Positions 25,966 through 38,009 of a stretch of 64,000 nucleotides of DNA are shown one piece after another. The stretch's first letter is position 1. The number at the start of each line of letters is the position of its first letter. Position numbers and translations under genes: made by a program. The notes under the pieces are model-generated. The model was not told the origin of the DNA and did not search any database. It saw nothing but the letters and a program-made list of their open reading frames with translations. This stretch comes from Leucoraja erinacea (lineage: Eukaryota), in the NCBI RefSeq assembly GCF_028641065.1, contig NC_073387.1:29884001-29948000 (forward strand), read 5' to 3'.

Positions 25966-26972
25966 ATAGAAGATGGAGGGTCTGTTGTTCTTTAATTCAC
26001 CAATGACAACCGGCAATAATCCTTCCTCTCACCCCGGTACTCCTAACAATTCTCTCCCATGCAGCACATCCTACACCAAACATCACATAGCAGCCAGCAG
26101 CAGCCAACGGCACACCAATCTCCCGTAATAGGAACAGCTGTGCCCGACTTCGCTCCCGCACCGGCCAAATCAACACCACAGCCGGGCGGTAAAGCGAAGC
26201 AAAAAACTGACAGAGTCATTGACTCCGATGAGTCCGACTTTGAACAGCCGCGAGCGGCCAGTGCCCGTGAGCATTGGGGCCGGTTGGAGTGGCTTCAGGA
26301 GCAGCCGCTAGCGGCCACTGCCCGAGAGCATTGGAGCCGGTTGGAGCGGCTTGAGGAACAGGAGCAGCCGCGAGTGGCCAATGCCCAAGAGCATTGGAGC
26401 CAGTTGGAGCGGCTGTTGGAGCAAATACTCCAAAGTGGCAGGCTCCGGGAGATGGAGACTAGTCACAGTGGGCAGCTAGTAAGTCCTACAGCAGTACCTC
26501 TTGTAGGGCTGCACAGTGTTTCTCCCTCATCAGAGGGGAGTACGGGGGGTCAATTCTGGGCTGACTCTGAAGAGGGGTGTGCAGAACATACCCCTAGTGC
26601 GCATGGGGTGCAAGAAAACCTATTGGATATGGTGTCCCAGTTCATTCAACCCGACCAAACTGGCCAAAACTTATCCAAACAGGTAAAATAACTTAACAAA
26701 GAGGCTAAAACCCTGGGGCTCATTAAAGCAACATCTAAAAACTACTCCGGCCAGAAACAGCACCCCTACGCACCCACCAGTCGGACAAGACAAACTGGTG
26801 AAAGCTCGAAGTCCAGGTACACTCAACATCGGTCTTTTTTAGGCCATGGCCCAGACCGGCCTTCCTGGAAAATGCGCAAACCCTCAACACCGACCCAACC
26901 ACAGACCCAGACACCGGCGCCTCAATGTCCACGGAGGATACCGAAAAAGTAATAAACCTACCACTGGTAACC

Positions 26973-28653
26973 ATGGAGGTAGGTGGGTCTGGTTCCTTAC
27001 GAATTGAAGGGAGCATGGAGGTTGGTGGGAGATTACACTTCTATCTGGATGCATGGAATAAGTTAACTACCGACACTTATATTTTAAGCAGTATCCAGGG
27101 TTATACCATAGAATTTATACAAAAACATAACCCTCCAGTTCAGCATGTACTGAACCGAATGTTCGTGCTCACAGGCAAAGAAAAATCAAAAGCACACGGT
27201 GAACTACAGTGGCTTTATAAAAAAGGAGTAATTGAGAAAACCGAACACGAATCACAGGAATTCGTGTCCAATATCTTTATCAAAAACAAGAAAGATGGTG
27301 GGTGCCGCATCATCATAGATTTGACTAATTTGAATACTTTCGTACAATATATTCATTTCAAGATGGAAACCTTTGTTACTACTAAGCAATTGATTTCCTA
27401 AGGTTACTACATGGCAAGCATCGATTTAAAAGATGCTTACTATACAGTACCCATCAGAGGTGACCACAGATGTTATTTAAAATTCAACTGGATGGGTCAG
27501 TACTGCCAGTACAGGGCACTACCTAATGATCTAACATCAGCCCCAGGCTGTTCACTAAAATTTTGAAACCAGCCCTAGCGTTTCTGCGGAAACAAAAACA
27601 CATGTTAATGGCATATCTAGATGACATACTTATTGTGGGAAAAACTTTGGAATTGGCTAAACAAACGGTAACAGCCACAAAACAATTATTTGGGAAAAAA
27701 CTGGGGTTTATCATCCATCCAGTTAAATCTAAATTAAAGTCTTCAACCACAATGGGGTTCACCATTAACTCAGTTCACATGTCAGTGACTTTGCCGAAAG
27801 AAAAGGTTACAGCCTTAATAGAGGCTTGCAGAAAAATCATTGACATCAGTAAAACATCCATCAGACTGGTAGCAAGAATAATTGGCAAAATAGTGGCTGC
27901 GTTTCCAGCCACACAATTCGGACCATTACATTATCGAAATTTACAGAGGGCTAAAATACGAGCACTCAAAATTAATGGTGGTCATTTTGACAGACCAATG
28001 AAGCCACCAACAGAGGCCATAATGGAACTAAAATGGTGGAAAGATAACATTAGGCATTGTTCCAATCCAATCATTATCAGCATACCCTGGGGCAGCGGCA
28101 ACAGATGCATTTTCGCTGCATTGGGGGAAATTGTTTATTTATGTATTCCCTCCTTTCTGCCTCATCAGTCGGGTATTAAGGAAAATACAGCAAGACTCTG
28201 CGTCTGGTATTTTGATCGTACCCGATTGGCCTACTCAACCATGGTTCCCGGTGATACTCGACTGTCAATCACCACCCCCCCCCCCCCCCCCCCCCCCCCC
28301 CCGGACACTTTTTTTTTTTTTTTAAATTCAATCGTTCGTGCTATGCTATGTCGCTCTTCAAGGGAGATGCTAAATGCATTTCGTTGTCTCTGTACTGTAC
28401 ACTGACAATGACAATTAAAATTGAATCTGAATCTGAATCTGAATCTGAATTAAGGAAAATACAGCAAGACTCGGCAGCTGGTATTTTGATAGTACCCGAT
28501 TGGCCTACTCAACCATGGTTCCCGGTGATACTCGACATGGTATTAGAACCATGCATCACCATCCGTCATAGACCTAATTTACTGGTTCATCCCATAACAA
28601 GGGAAAGTCACCCATGTCATAATTATATAAACCTATTAATTTGTAGAGTTTGA
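26973..28653 (+). pseudogene. Disrupted DIRS pol (RT, partial MT); RNase H deleted
   Basis: KKDGGCRIIIDL, HFKMETF, YLDD and VFPPFCLISRVL match copy 1. In-frame stops are present. About 0.5 kb is missing at ~28085, and an insertion occupies 28263-28448. Confidence 0.9.
28263..28448 (+). mobile_element. Short LINE/SINE 3' end with (GAATCT)n tail, inserted in DIRS copy 2
   Basis: tttcgttgt...aatgacaattaaa followed by (gaatct)4; flanked by an 88-bp direct repeat. Confidence 0.8.
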
Positions 28654-29620
28654 AAGCACCTCTACTAAACCTGGGACTGACGGACCGAACAGTGGATATT
28701 ATTTCAGCGGCCCACAGACAGTCCACCAAAAAACAGTACTTGGTGTCATCAAGAAATGGGAAATGTACTGTCACAACAATAACGTCACCCACAGATCTAT
28801 GAACATCCCGTCTGTTTTGGAATTCCTGGCAAGCCTCCATTACGATGAGGGGCTCAGTTATAGTGCCATCAACTGCGCCAGAAGTGCTCTATCAACATAC
28901 CTGTGGCAAGGAACAGAGCAGCATTCTGTTGGGACACACCCCCTGGTAACTAAACTCATGAGGGGCATTTTTAATGTTAATCCCCCAAGAACCAGGTACT
29001 CCCAAATATGGGATGTGAGCATTGTACTGGCCATGTTAAGAAACTGGTCTCCAGCTACAGCTCTGTCCCTACAGATACTGACTATGAAAACAGTCATGCT
29101 GATGGCCTTGGTCACGGCACAAAGGGTCCAGTCGCTACAGAAACTAAGGCTGGACAACATGACTACTTAATTTGGAAATTTAACTTTTCACATCAATGAA
29201 TTAGTCAAACAGAACAGACAGGGGTCAGCAGGCCTAAAAATAGAATTCAGGGCCTACCCGACAGATGATCGTCTCTGTATTGTAACACACTTGCTATTAT
29301 ATATGGAGTATACTAAGATCATCAGAGGCAAAGAAATGGCACTTTTAATCAGCTACAAACAGCCACACAAAAAAGTGACAGTCCAGACCATCTCGAGATG
29401 GCTAAAACAGGTCCTAATAAAGGCTGGAGTAGACACTAACATTTTTAAAATCTCACTCCACCAGAGCTGCAGCTACATCGGCAGCTATGAAGTTGGATGT
29501 TCCTATGGATCAAATCCTCAAGACAGCAGGATGGTCAACGGAGAAAACTTTCCAACGATTTTATAACAAACCAATAATTGAACCTGGAACATTTTCAGAA
29601 ACAATTTTAAGTTCTGTAAT
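28647..29620 (+). pseudogene. Frameshifted DIRS tyrosine recombinase
   Basis: LGLTDRTVDIISAAHRQSTKKQY, SYSAINCARSALS, ALVTAQRVQSL, QTISRWLKQVL, (S)HSTRAAATS. Confidence 0.9.
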
Positions 29621-30115
29621 ATAATTTTACCCCATAAATAGAGGCTATAATTTGGTGTTAATAAATTTATCGTTGGGTTTTCAATATCGTATTGATGTCT
29701 AATGATGTTAACACTATTCTCCCCATAATCAAGGCAGATGTGATGCATGGACTCGTTTCCACGGCATGGAATCACAGAGCTCTAAAATCTTCACGTAGTC
29801 ACTCACGTGACTCCGAAGTAAAATAGTAAAATTAAACGAGAACTTACCAGTTTGAAGTTTGATCGTTATTTTATGAGGAGTAACGTTGAGGGAATACGTG
29901 CCCTCCGCTCCCACCCTTGATCATATACTCAACTGGTATCGTCTTCTTTAATCTTACTATGTTTAGTCATTATAGTTATCTGTGATTTCACACCGCTGCT
30001 TTGAAGAATGACACGCATGCGTCCTGGCGGGGTTCTTCACGTATTCCCTCAACGTTACTCCTCATAAAATAACGATCAAAATTCAAACTGGTAAGTTCTC
30101 ATTTAATCTTACTAT

Positions 30116-30480
30116 GATGAGGCATAAATAGGGTAGGCAGTCAGAACCTTTGTTCCAGGGTGGAAACATCAAGGATTGGAAAACATAGCTTTAAGGGGAG
30201 AGCAGCAAAATTTAGAGAAGAGCTGCAGGATAACCTTTTTACACAAAGGGTGATCAGTGCCTGGAATGCACTGCCAGGAGTGGTGGTGGAGGCAGGCACC
30301 ATAATGGCACTTAAGACGTTTATGGTTAGGTACATGGATGTGCAGGCAATGGTTCACAAGTAGGCGTAGGAGATTAGTTTCACAAGTAGGTGTAGGGGAT
30401 TAGTTTAGCTTGGCATCATGTTTGCCACAGACATTGTGGGCTGAATGGCCTGTTCCAGTGCTTTACTGTTCTATGCTCCT
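30116..30480 (+). mobile_element. CR1 3' end (apparent target of DIRS copy 2); other short CR1 3' ends at ~870-1190(-), 4690-5085(+), 20520-20780(-), 31440-31655(+), 36120-36660(+), 38595-39055(+), 56490-56705(-)
   Basis: LFTQRVISAWNALPGVVVEAGTI; 3' UTR gggctgaatggcctgtt...tgttctatg. Confidence 0.85.
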
Positions 30481-33400
30481 TTCAATGTTCCCATGTGCAG
30501 TCTCAGTGCAGCTCTGCTCTCACAGAGGAAAGAAACAATCTTTCCCTATCCTCATCTTCAGAACATTGGGATTTGCTTCAAACCAAAAGACAGCAATATC
30601 AGTAAGGTAAATACCACACTACTTTAGTCTTAAAAGATTAGCTATAATAGTTATGCATGCTACACATAAATTGGACCTCTAGGTTCGTCGTCTGGGGGCA
30701 AATAGGTAGATTTGAGAACTTGGTCAGGATCAACCATAGTGTAAAAAAGCTTTGAAGCTAACACATGAAGTGTTGACTGTCCCCTTACAAATCTGCTAAA
30801 CTTCCTCGTGGATGACATACTTTAGACTACTTTGGAAGGGGATGATTAAGATTGAAGTTGGTACACAGGTTGAGCAGTGTAGGAATGTCTCGTCAGTCTG
30901 TTCTATATTACATACGATATGTTTCAGATACAGTGAGAATAAATAGAATATTGCAACACTTATGGTGCCAGGCATTAGACTGACATGGAAAGAATCCCAT
31001 CCCATCCAAATGGCAATGTTGAATGTCATCCAGCCTTTCATTGCAGGCTGTCTATTTGACATTGGAGCAAAGATAAGAACTCTGATAGTAGGCTCCAGCA
31101 CTATAGACATTAGCATTCCACCACAGATAGGGAAGAGAGGAGGAATCTGTCTTCTGTCCCAAGCTGTCACAATTGGTTTGAGGCAAGTACCTTTTGGAAA
31201 TCTGAATGCTCCTTTTATTTTCATGAAATGGCTTTGGGAAGGCCAAGTAAGTGAAAGAATACTATCACAATGTAACTTTTTGCTAGTTTCCTTGGTATTA
31301 TGGGATGAGTGCTAAGTGTGCTGTGCCAGTTTTGCACAGTTGAATTAATCTTCTAAAGACTGGCAGTGTCAATGGCCAGAACTCCAAACTTCTTGGTCGT
31401 TCTTTTCCCCATTAACTGAGATGTCTATATGTGGAGGATGGAAGGGTAGGAGGGTTGGGTGGAGTTTCACCCACCGCTGGTTGAAACCTGGAACACTCTG
31501 CCTGAGGCTGGTGCAGAGAGCTACCTGCACAATATTTAAGCAGTGTTAAAATGAGCACTTTAAATAGTATGGCATAGAACGCTGCAGGTTGTAGTCTATA
31601 AAATGGGATTAGTACTGACGGGTCTATTTCCTGTGTTGTATGACTCCATGACTAAAGAAAGATACCACTCGTGTGTTCAATGGGTGCTTTAATTCAAGGA
31701 GAGTTGAGCAAGATTTATGCAAGCAGGATCTCTTTTCAATTTAGTAGCTCCATGGGATCAATTGATGCCTTGCCTGATTTACTCGTCTCTTCAAAATTGA
31801 TTACTCGGTGTCAATGGATGTGATTTTGGAAGAGGGAACAGAGTGAGCATTCACCCAATTTTCCCTCTGCTGGGTCCAAGGATGTTATTAGCTCAAAATG
31901 CATGAAGAACACCAGCAAGTGTGGGTTCAACACATTTAATGCCCCAAGGAGGAGTCCACTGCAGTACTGTTTGTTACCCCCACCTCAACAATCAAAGAGA
32001 TGGGCACAAGAGGTATATATTGGTCAATTTGTGATAAAGATCTGATGTGTGTTTATCTGACCACCATTTAAAACTTGTCCCTATCTGCCACCTGCAAAGA
32101 CTCATGTGCAACGTTTGAGTGAAACTTGTCACATAGCTTTCCAAAAAAATGACTGTCACAATTTACTTAGAAGCAGGCAAATGGTAAGTCTCTGTTACAT
32201 CTCCCCTCTATCTCTGCAAGGAAGGCCCTGACCTTCTATCCTGGCCGTCCCTCTGGTGATGTGCTGAGATTGCTGATAACCCTTGTGGGAAATCAACCGA
32301 GATACTAAAATGTATAACACTGCATCTCTGCACTAAGTCGTACCCTATTGCTGAAGACCACCAAGAATGTAATAAAGCTAATGTAACAAGCACTTTCTCA
32401 TAATTGAAGCTGTTGCTCGCCATGTACGAAAGTGATCCATATATAATCATTAGGGAAATCTTTCTTGCACAGATATTAATTAGGCAAAAATGCTGTTAGA
32501 AATACAACTTACTTTCACGACAATAACTTGTGATGGCAGTTTGCAGGCTCCTTTGTTAAACAGAGAATGGAACCTGAACTACTTTGCAACTCGATGGCTT
32601 ATTTTTGTAAGTAGAAATTAACCTGACGCTAAATTCTCCATGGCGATTACACCCAAACAGAACCTGATGGCCACTTATACAAAATGCTTCTCTTTATTAA
32701 ATCTTGATACATCAGTCAAATAATTGATTGATTCTTATATAAGAACTATGCAATTTATTAGGATTTTAGGTCTATTTTAGATCTACATTATAACTGCTAG
32801 CAGCTATAAATCATTGTGAATGAAAAATAATTAAATACATGGCATAGTTATTTAACTATTATGAGAGGCCTTTGCATTCAATCCAATTATTTCCAATGAC
32901 TTATCCTGTCAATCTTATTAACTGTGAATTATATTGAATTGTTTACAAAAGTACATGTGAGATTTCTGGCGATAAAATGTGTGATTATTCATTTCGAGTA
33001 AGTGTCTAATCTTGAATACAATTTACTGCCACTCATCTTCTGTAAAATAATAGTTGTTGAGGTTGGATGTTAACAGTATAAAGATACTCAGCACAATTCT
33101 CAGATCACTTCAGGTGCTGCCCTTATACTATAATACATCTGCTGAATACAAGCACACTTTTTTTGCAAGTCATGTCTTATGAACTGTTGCCAAGGCAAAG
33201 AGCATGCTCGAAACACCCACTGGAATGATACAGAGTAGGCGAATTATGCCATTGATAAGCATGCAATTCTGAGTTTACTTATTTTAATGCTCAAGGCACC
33301 AACATCAGCCTGTCTTAAACATACATGGCCGAACAGAGCTGAGCAGCAGGAGGAAAAACAGGCAGCAGTATTAAATTGATACTGATACTGATTTTTGTCA

Positions 33401-33954
33401 CTATTTTTTGCTTGCAGCTATGAATCTACACATGTTTAGCTTTATCTATAACATTTTTAAAGTTGCAGACTGCTACAGGGCGTGCTGCGGGGAGCAGGAA
33501 GCACTTTCCGCTCAGTTCAAACCAGTAGCATCCACCTTTGGTACATTCATCGGCAATCTCTGTGAAATATATCGTAACAGGGAAAGTAAGGAGAGACATG
33601 AAAGATTGGGCAAGAGTGGTGGAGGAGCTCTGCCATGGGAAGAGATTACCATGCAGGCAGAGAGAATGATTCAAAGATTTACTTCCAACATCCTTGACGT
33701 GCAACATCCCTACCGTCTACTGGAAATTCCTGGTCCATGCTCAAAGTGGCGATGAGGCATTGAGGATGGCACTGAGAACCTCAGGCCATGCAGTGGGAGC
33801 ACACAGAAGCCCTGCCTGAGCAGCAAAGGTATTGCACCACCTCAGTACCCACCCATCCTCTGGCCCATCTGCAGAGGAGCCTGCAGCTCCTATATTGGTC
33901 ATCTTGGTGAATCTGGTATGGAAGCAAGTCATCAATCCTGAGTGACTGCTGATG

Positions 33955-34370
33955 AACTGTGTACAGTTTTGGCCACCCTGCTATAGGAAAGATGTAATTT
34001 AACTGGAAAGGATGCATAGGAGGCTGCGGGGTGACCTTACAGAAGGTATATAAAATCATGAGAGGCATAGATAAGGTGAATAGCCACAGTCTTTTTCTCA
34101 AGTTAGGTGAGTCTAAAACTGGAGGGCACAGATTTAAAATGCGAAAAAATATCTACTGTATGAGGATGTTATTTAGCCTGGAGTGTTTGAGTTATATAGA
34201 GAGGCTGGATATGCTGGGTCATTTTTCTCTGGAGTATAGGAGGCTGCGGGGTGACCTTACAGAAGGTATATAACATCGTGAGAGGCATAGATAAGGTGAA
34301 TAGCCACAGTCTTTTTCTCAAGGTAGGTGAGTCTAAAACTGGAGGGCACAGATTTAAAATGCAAGGGGAA
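33955..34370 (+). repeat. CR1 fragment with ~126-bp near-identical duplication (34017-34142, 34237-34362)
   Basis: taggaggctgcggggtgaccttacagaagg...ggagggcacagatttaaaatgc occurs twice, 220 bp apart. Confidence 0.85.
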
Positions 34371-35639
34371 AGTTCGACCTTCAGCACAAGCAGCCGATCA
34401 CTGGCAGGGTGGTGTTGGGGCAGGGCTTCAGGATGAATTGTACAGAGCCCCAGTCACCATTCACACCCAATGTACTTGTGGACCAAGATCATGGAGGTTC
34501 ATAGGGTTAGCGGGGCAGCAAGTGCAGGTGACGAGACAGATTCTGTGCAATTCGCCTCAGTGTGTAAGACCACCTTTGTTCCACTACCTTTACTGAAACC
34601 TGATGTTGTACCTCTTTATATTCACAAAGTGCTGAGCCTCTATCACCATTAGCCATCAAGGTTAATATAGCGATGAACTGCAATGGGCTTTGTTCCTTCT
34701 AATGTGTGAGAGAGGTTACTGAGGCTCTCGATTCATAGAGAGGGGACAACACTTCATTCTCTTTTGCTAGAGATGAGGAGATGGAAAGGGCTGCACTGGG
34801 GTGGGGGGTTCTCATATGGCTCCAATGCCATTTGACAGCATTTGCATTGCACTGTTGGTGACACAGGGCAACATAACCATACACTGGAGTCACCACATCA
34901 ATGTCAATGGGTGCGTGATGTCAGGAGTGAATTATAAAGCTACCCTGGTACCCAGGCCTGTTGTTATGGTGATGGGACGGAGGAGAAGCACAACATCCTT
35001 TATATTTTCACCCTTGTCCCCAGTCATGGCCTCAGCAGTGGTTGTCCAAATAACGCCTCGTCCCATCTTCTCCATGGAGTCAGGATTTCCAGGCAAACAT
35101 GCTCTATCCAATTAGTCAGTGAAGCATCTGACTGTGTATCACTTGTCCAGCACAGAGTGTAAAGTGTGTTTGTGCGTGCTGACTGTGTTTGGAGAAGCTG
35201 TTTGTATAGCTGTGCCTGCTCAGGAGACTGTAGCGTGAGGCGTGCATCAATGCTGAATGTGTGAGGAATTCGATACCGATTGTGATAGAGGTGGGTGGAA
35301 GAAGCTGTCCCTAAAGCTGCTGGATGCGGTCGGTAAGGGCTGGCATTTGGCATTGTGGTCCCCCGCCTTGGCTAATTGTGTGAGGAGACTGAGATTCGAC
35401 CCTCGTTAAATCCAAGCATCAGGAAAATATCCCCTTCCATAGCCTTTTCAGCGTGTTGTTCAGGGGGTCGCTGAGATTTTGCAGACAGGATTTCAGCTGC
35501 TCAATCATAGCCTTCAATGTAATATGCTAAATCTCAGCAACCGCCTTCTGCCAGTAATATAAGAATGTTGTTTTCTCCCCCAATATACTTTATGCATAAC
35601 ATGCACAGTGAATACTATCAGGACGTAATTTTATCTATG

Positions 35640-36110
35640 GTCGCTGTACTATGTGTTCAATATACTCCTTCACCACAGAGCCTTTGCAATGGCTGCACTC
35701 AGTTTCTGTATGTCCCTCAGCACGCACTTCTGCACCTTGGAACAAACCAGTTGGCATTACAGACATTTCTTTGCACTGCCAGATCAACATGTTTAGGGCA
35801 GACCAATGCATCTTTCACTGCAGACATCCTGCAGGAGTTGATGTCTGATTCAGTGTGTGCCTCTGGGAACAGCCTGTGGAGCACGACATCCGGTGTGACG
35901 CAGCTAATCGTAGTGAACCTTGACAAGGGCCACTTCATTCCCCTCCAAATCCGAGTCCAAGAGGAGGTGGGCGATCATCTCATCCTCACTGCAAAGACCT
36001 AGAGGGCAGCAGGCAGCATCCGGAGACAGAAGAACATTGTGCCACTCTTCACATTTTCTGAGTCAGATTCAGTCCTGCAATGCTTATTAGCATATACTCC
36101 AGTCACAGTG
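35640..36110 (-). mobile_element. Tx1/L1-type LINE ORF2 3' end remnant
   Basis: EDEMIAHLLLD and VTPDVVLHRLFPEAHTESDINSC...VKDAL match the C-terminus of elasmobranch Tx1 ORF2. Confidence 0.65.
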
Positions 36111-37447
36111 TACACTCCTTTTAAAGGATACATGCTGGTTTTAACTGATACAAGGTGCGAGGGGAGAGACTTAAAGACCTGAAGGGCATCTTTTTCAAAC
36201 ACAGAGTGTGGGGTATATGGAATGAGCTGCATCCCATCGTTTTTTCCGGGGGGATGGGGGAATCTCACGATGAGGGAGAATCTAATTGAAACCTTCCGAA
36301 TAATGAATGGCCTAGATAGAGTGGATATGCAGAAGATTTTTTCAGTAGGGGAAGAATCAAGGACCAGAGGGCACAGCCACACAATAAAAGGACACACCTT
36401 TATAATTAAGATAAGAAGGAATTTATTTAGCAAAGTGTGCTGAATCTGTGGAATTAAATGTCAGAGATGGATGCGAAGGCCAAGTCAATAGGTATTTTTA
36501 AAATGGAGATTAGTAACTTAATTAGTAAGGGTGCCAAAGGTTATGGGGAGAAGGCAGGAGAATGGGGATGAGAGGGAAAAATAGATCCGCCAAGCTTGAA
36601 TGGCAGAGTAGACTTAATGGACTGAATGGCATAATTCTGCACTTGTGACTTATGGTCTTATCGTCTCACGTTGTTAGGCATCCATTCTTAGCCCTATCCA
36701 GATATTAATAGCATGACGACTGGGTGACACAATCCAGTGACGTGCGGTGAGGTTAATGGCTGGGGAGGCACTGGCTAGTATCAGAGACAGATTTACACAC
36801 ATATGAACCTGATAGAGGTAGCTTCAATTCACCATTCAATTGGCAGGTTGCACAGTGACTATTGGTTAGGCGACCATATGTTTCATATTTTATATCAGCA
36901 TTCTTTACAACACATGCATACAGATAAGTTACGCATTCGATTCACGTTTTATAGGCAAATGAGTTCCACTATTCATACTCATTCAACACAAATGAAAAAA
37001 AATATTGCATGCTCACCTTTATTTGTAAATGCTAATTCCTGTTTGGCTTGGAATCAGGTCGCATTAATCAGGTATTTTAAAATCTCACTGTTTTCCTTTA
37101 CCTTAGCATTGTGGATGCTGATATTTAATCTCCGCTGTTCATTCAAAGCCAGATCTATCCTTGAAGTTCCAAAAGTTTTTAAAGCAATTTGGCTTTGAAT
37201 GTGAGTTGTCGATTTTTTATGTTTGTTAAGGCTCCTTGGTAGATTTTTAAAGTCACAGAAGGCTGGGAAAGCAGTAAAGGCGATTCTTCATAGCACAGCC
37301 ACACAGCCAGTCTATTTGTTGGTACTGCTCCATTTGAAATGACCGTGTTATTTTCTGTTCCTTTGTTTGAAGTAGGTCCTTAAGCTCAAACATTTTATCA
37401 CTCCCTGTTTTGATTGAAAGTCCAATTTTGAGAATTTTTTAAGGTTA

Positions 37448-38009
37448 AGTGCCTGTCACACTTGGGCGACCTGATCCGCGAGTTCCGGCGAGTTTGCCCT
37501 CGACTCATACACGCAGCATGGTTGACATGAGGTCGTAGGAGGTCTTTGTAACTCTCTTTCATGCTCGAGAGTGGTCTCCATGTACTCAAGGCCTCAGCTA
37601 GGTCGCGGCCGTTTTTTCAATATGTTAAAAAATGTCCGCGAGTAAAAAAGGGTCGTTATGGAAAAAATCGATACTTTTTTTACTCGTAGGTTTAGTCGTA
37701 GTAGGTCGGCATGTTAATCGTAGGTAATCGAGGGTAGTCGAAGGTAGTCGAAGGTAGTCATAGGTAGTCTTCATCATAGTCAAAGTGAGGTCGAAGGAAA
37801 TTGAAGGAGGTCGTCTTCACTCTCCACTATTCGGTGTTCAATTTTCCCAAAGTTAGTCGTAGCTAGTCATAGCTAGTCGAAGCTTGTCTTCAACATAGTC
37901 GAAGGAGGTCGAAGGAGGTCTTCTACATAGTTGAAGGAGGTCTTCAACATGTCATTTTTTTGAACTCTTCTAACCTCGCCAATTAGATCGCCCAAGTAGG
38001 ACAGCCCCT
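37448..38009. mobile_element. MITE related to 44049-44521 by its TIR
   Basis: Left agtgcctgtcacacttgggcgacct, right gatcgcccaagtaggacagcccct. Internal tandem GTAGTCGAAG-like units. Confidence 0.75.

Larger units (their letters stand above)
26000..30115 (+). mobile_element. DIRS retrotransposon, second family (copy 2), 5'-truncated and internally deleted
   Basis: Gag remnant 26059-26960; pol from ATG 26973 (MEVGGSGS) with YLDD, stops and frameshifts; YR 28647-~29620, frameshifted; ICR 29788-29900; right end 30010-30115. The left ITR is absent. Confidence 0.93.

Noticed and set aside
30796-31315. Overlapping 117-142-aa ORFs as a possible host exon
   Set aside because: No recognisable domain and no convincing splice-site pair; cannot be supported without a search.
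34800-35560. Possible Harbinger Myb/transposase remnants on the minus strand
   Set aside because: Only vague peptide resemblance; no TIRs or catalytic motifs seen.
37690-37945. Short tandem GTAGTCGAAG units resembling a CRISPR-like array
   Set aside because: Irregular degenerate units with no unique spacers, inside a MITE, in eukaryotic DNA.
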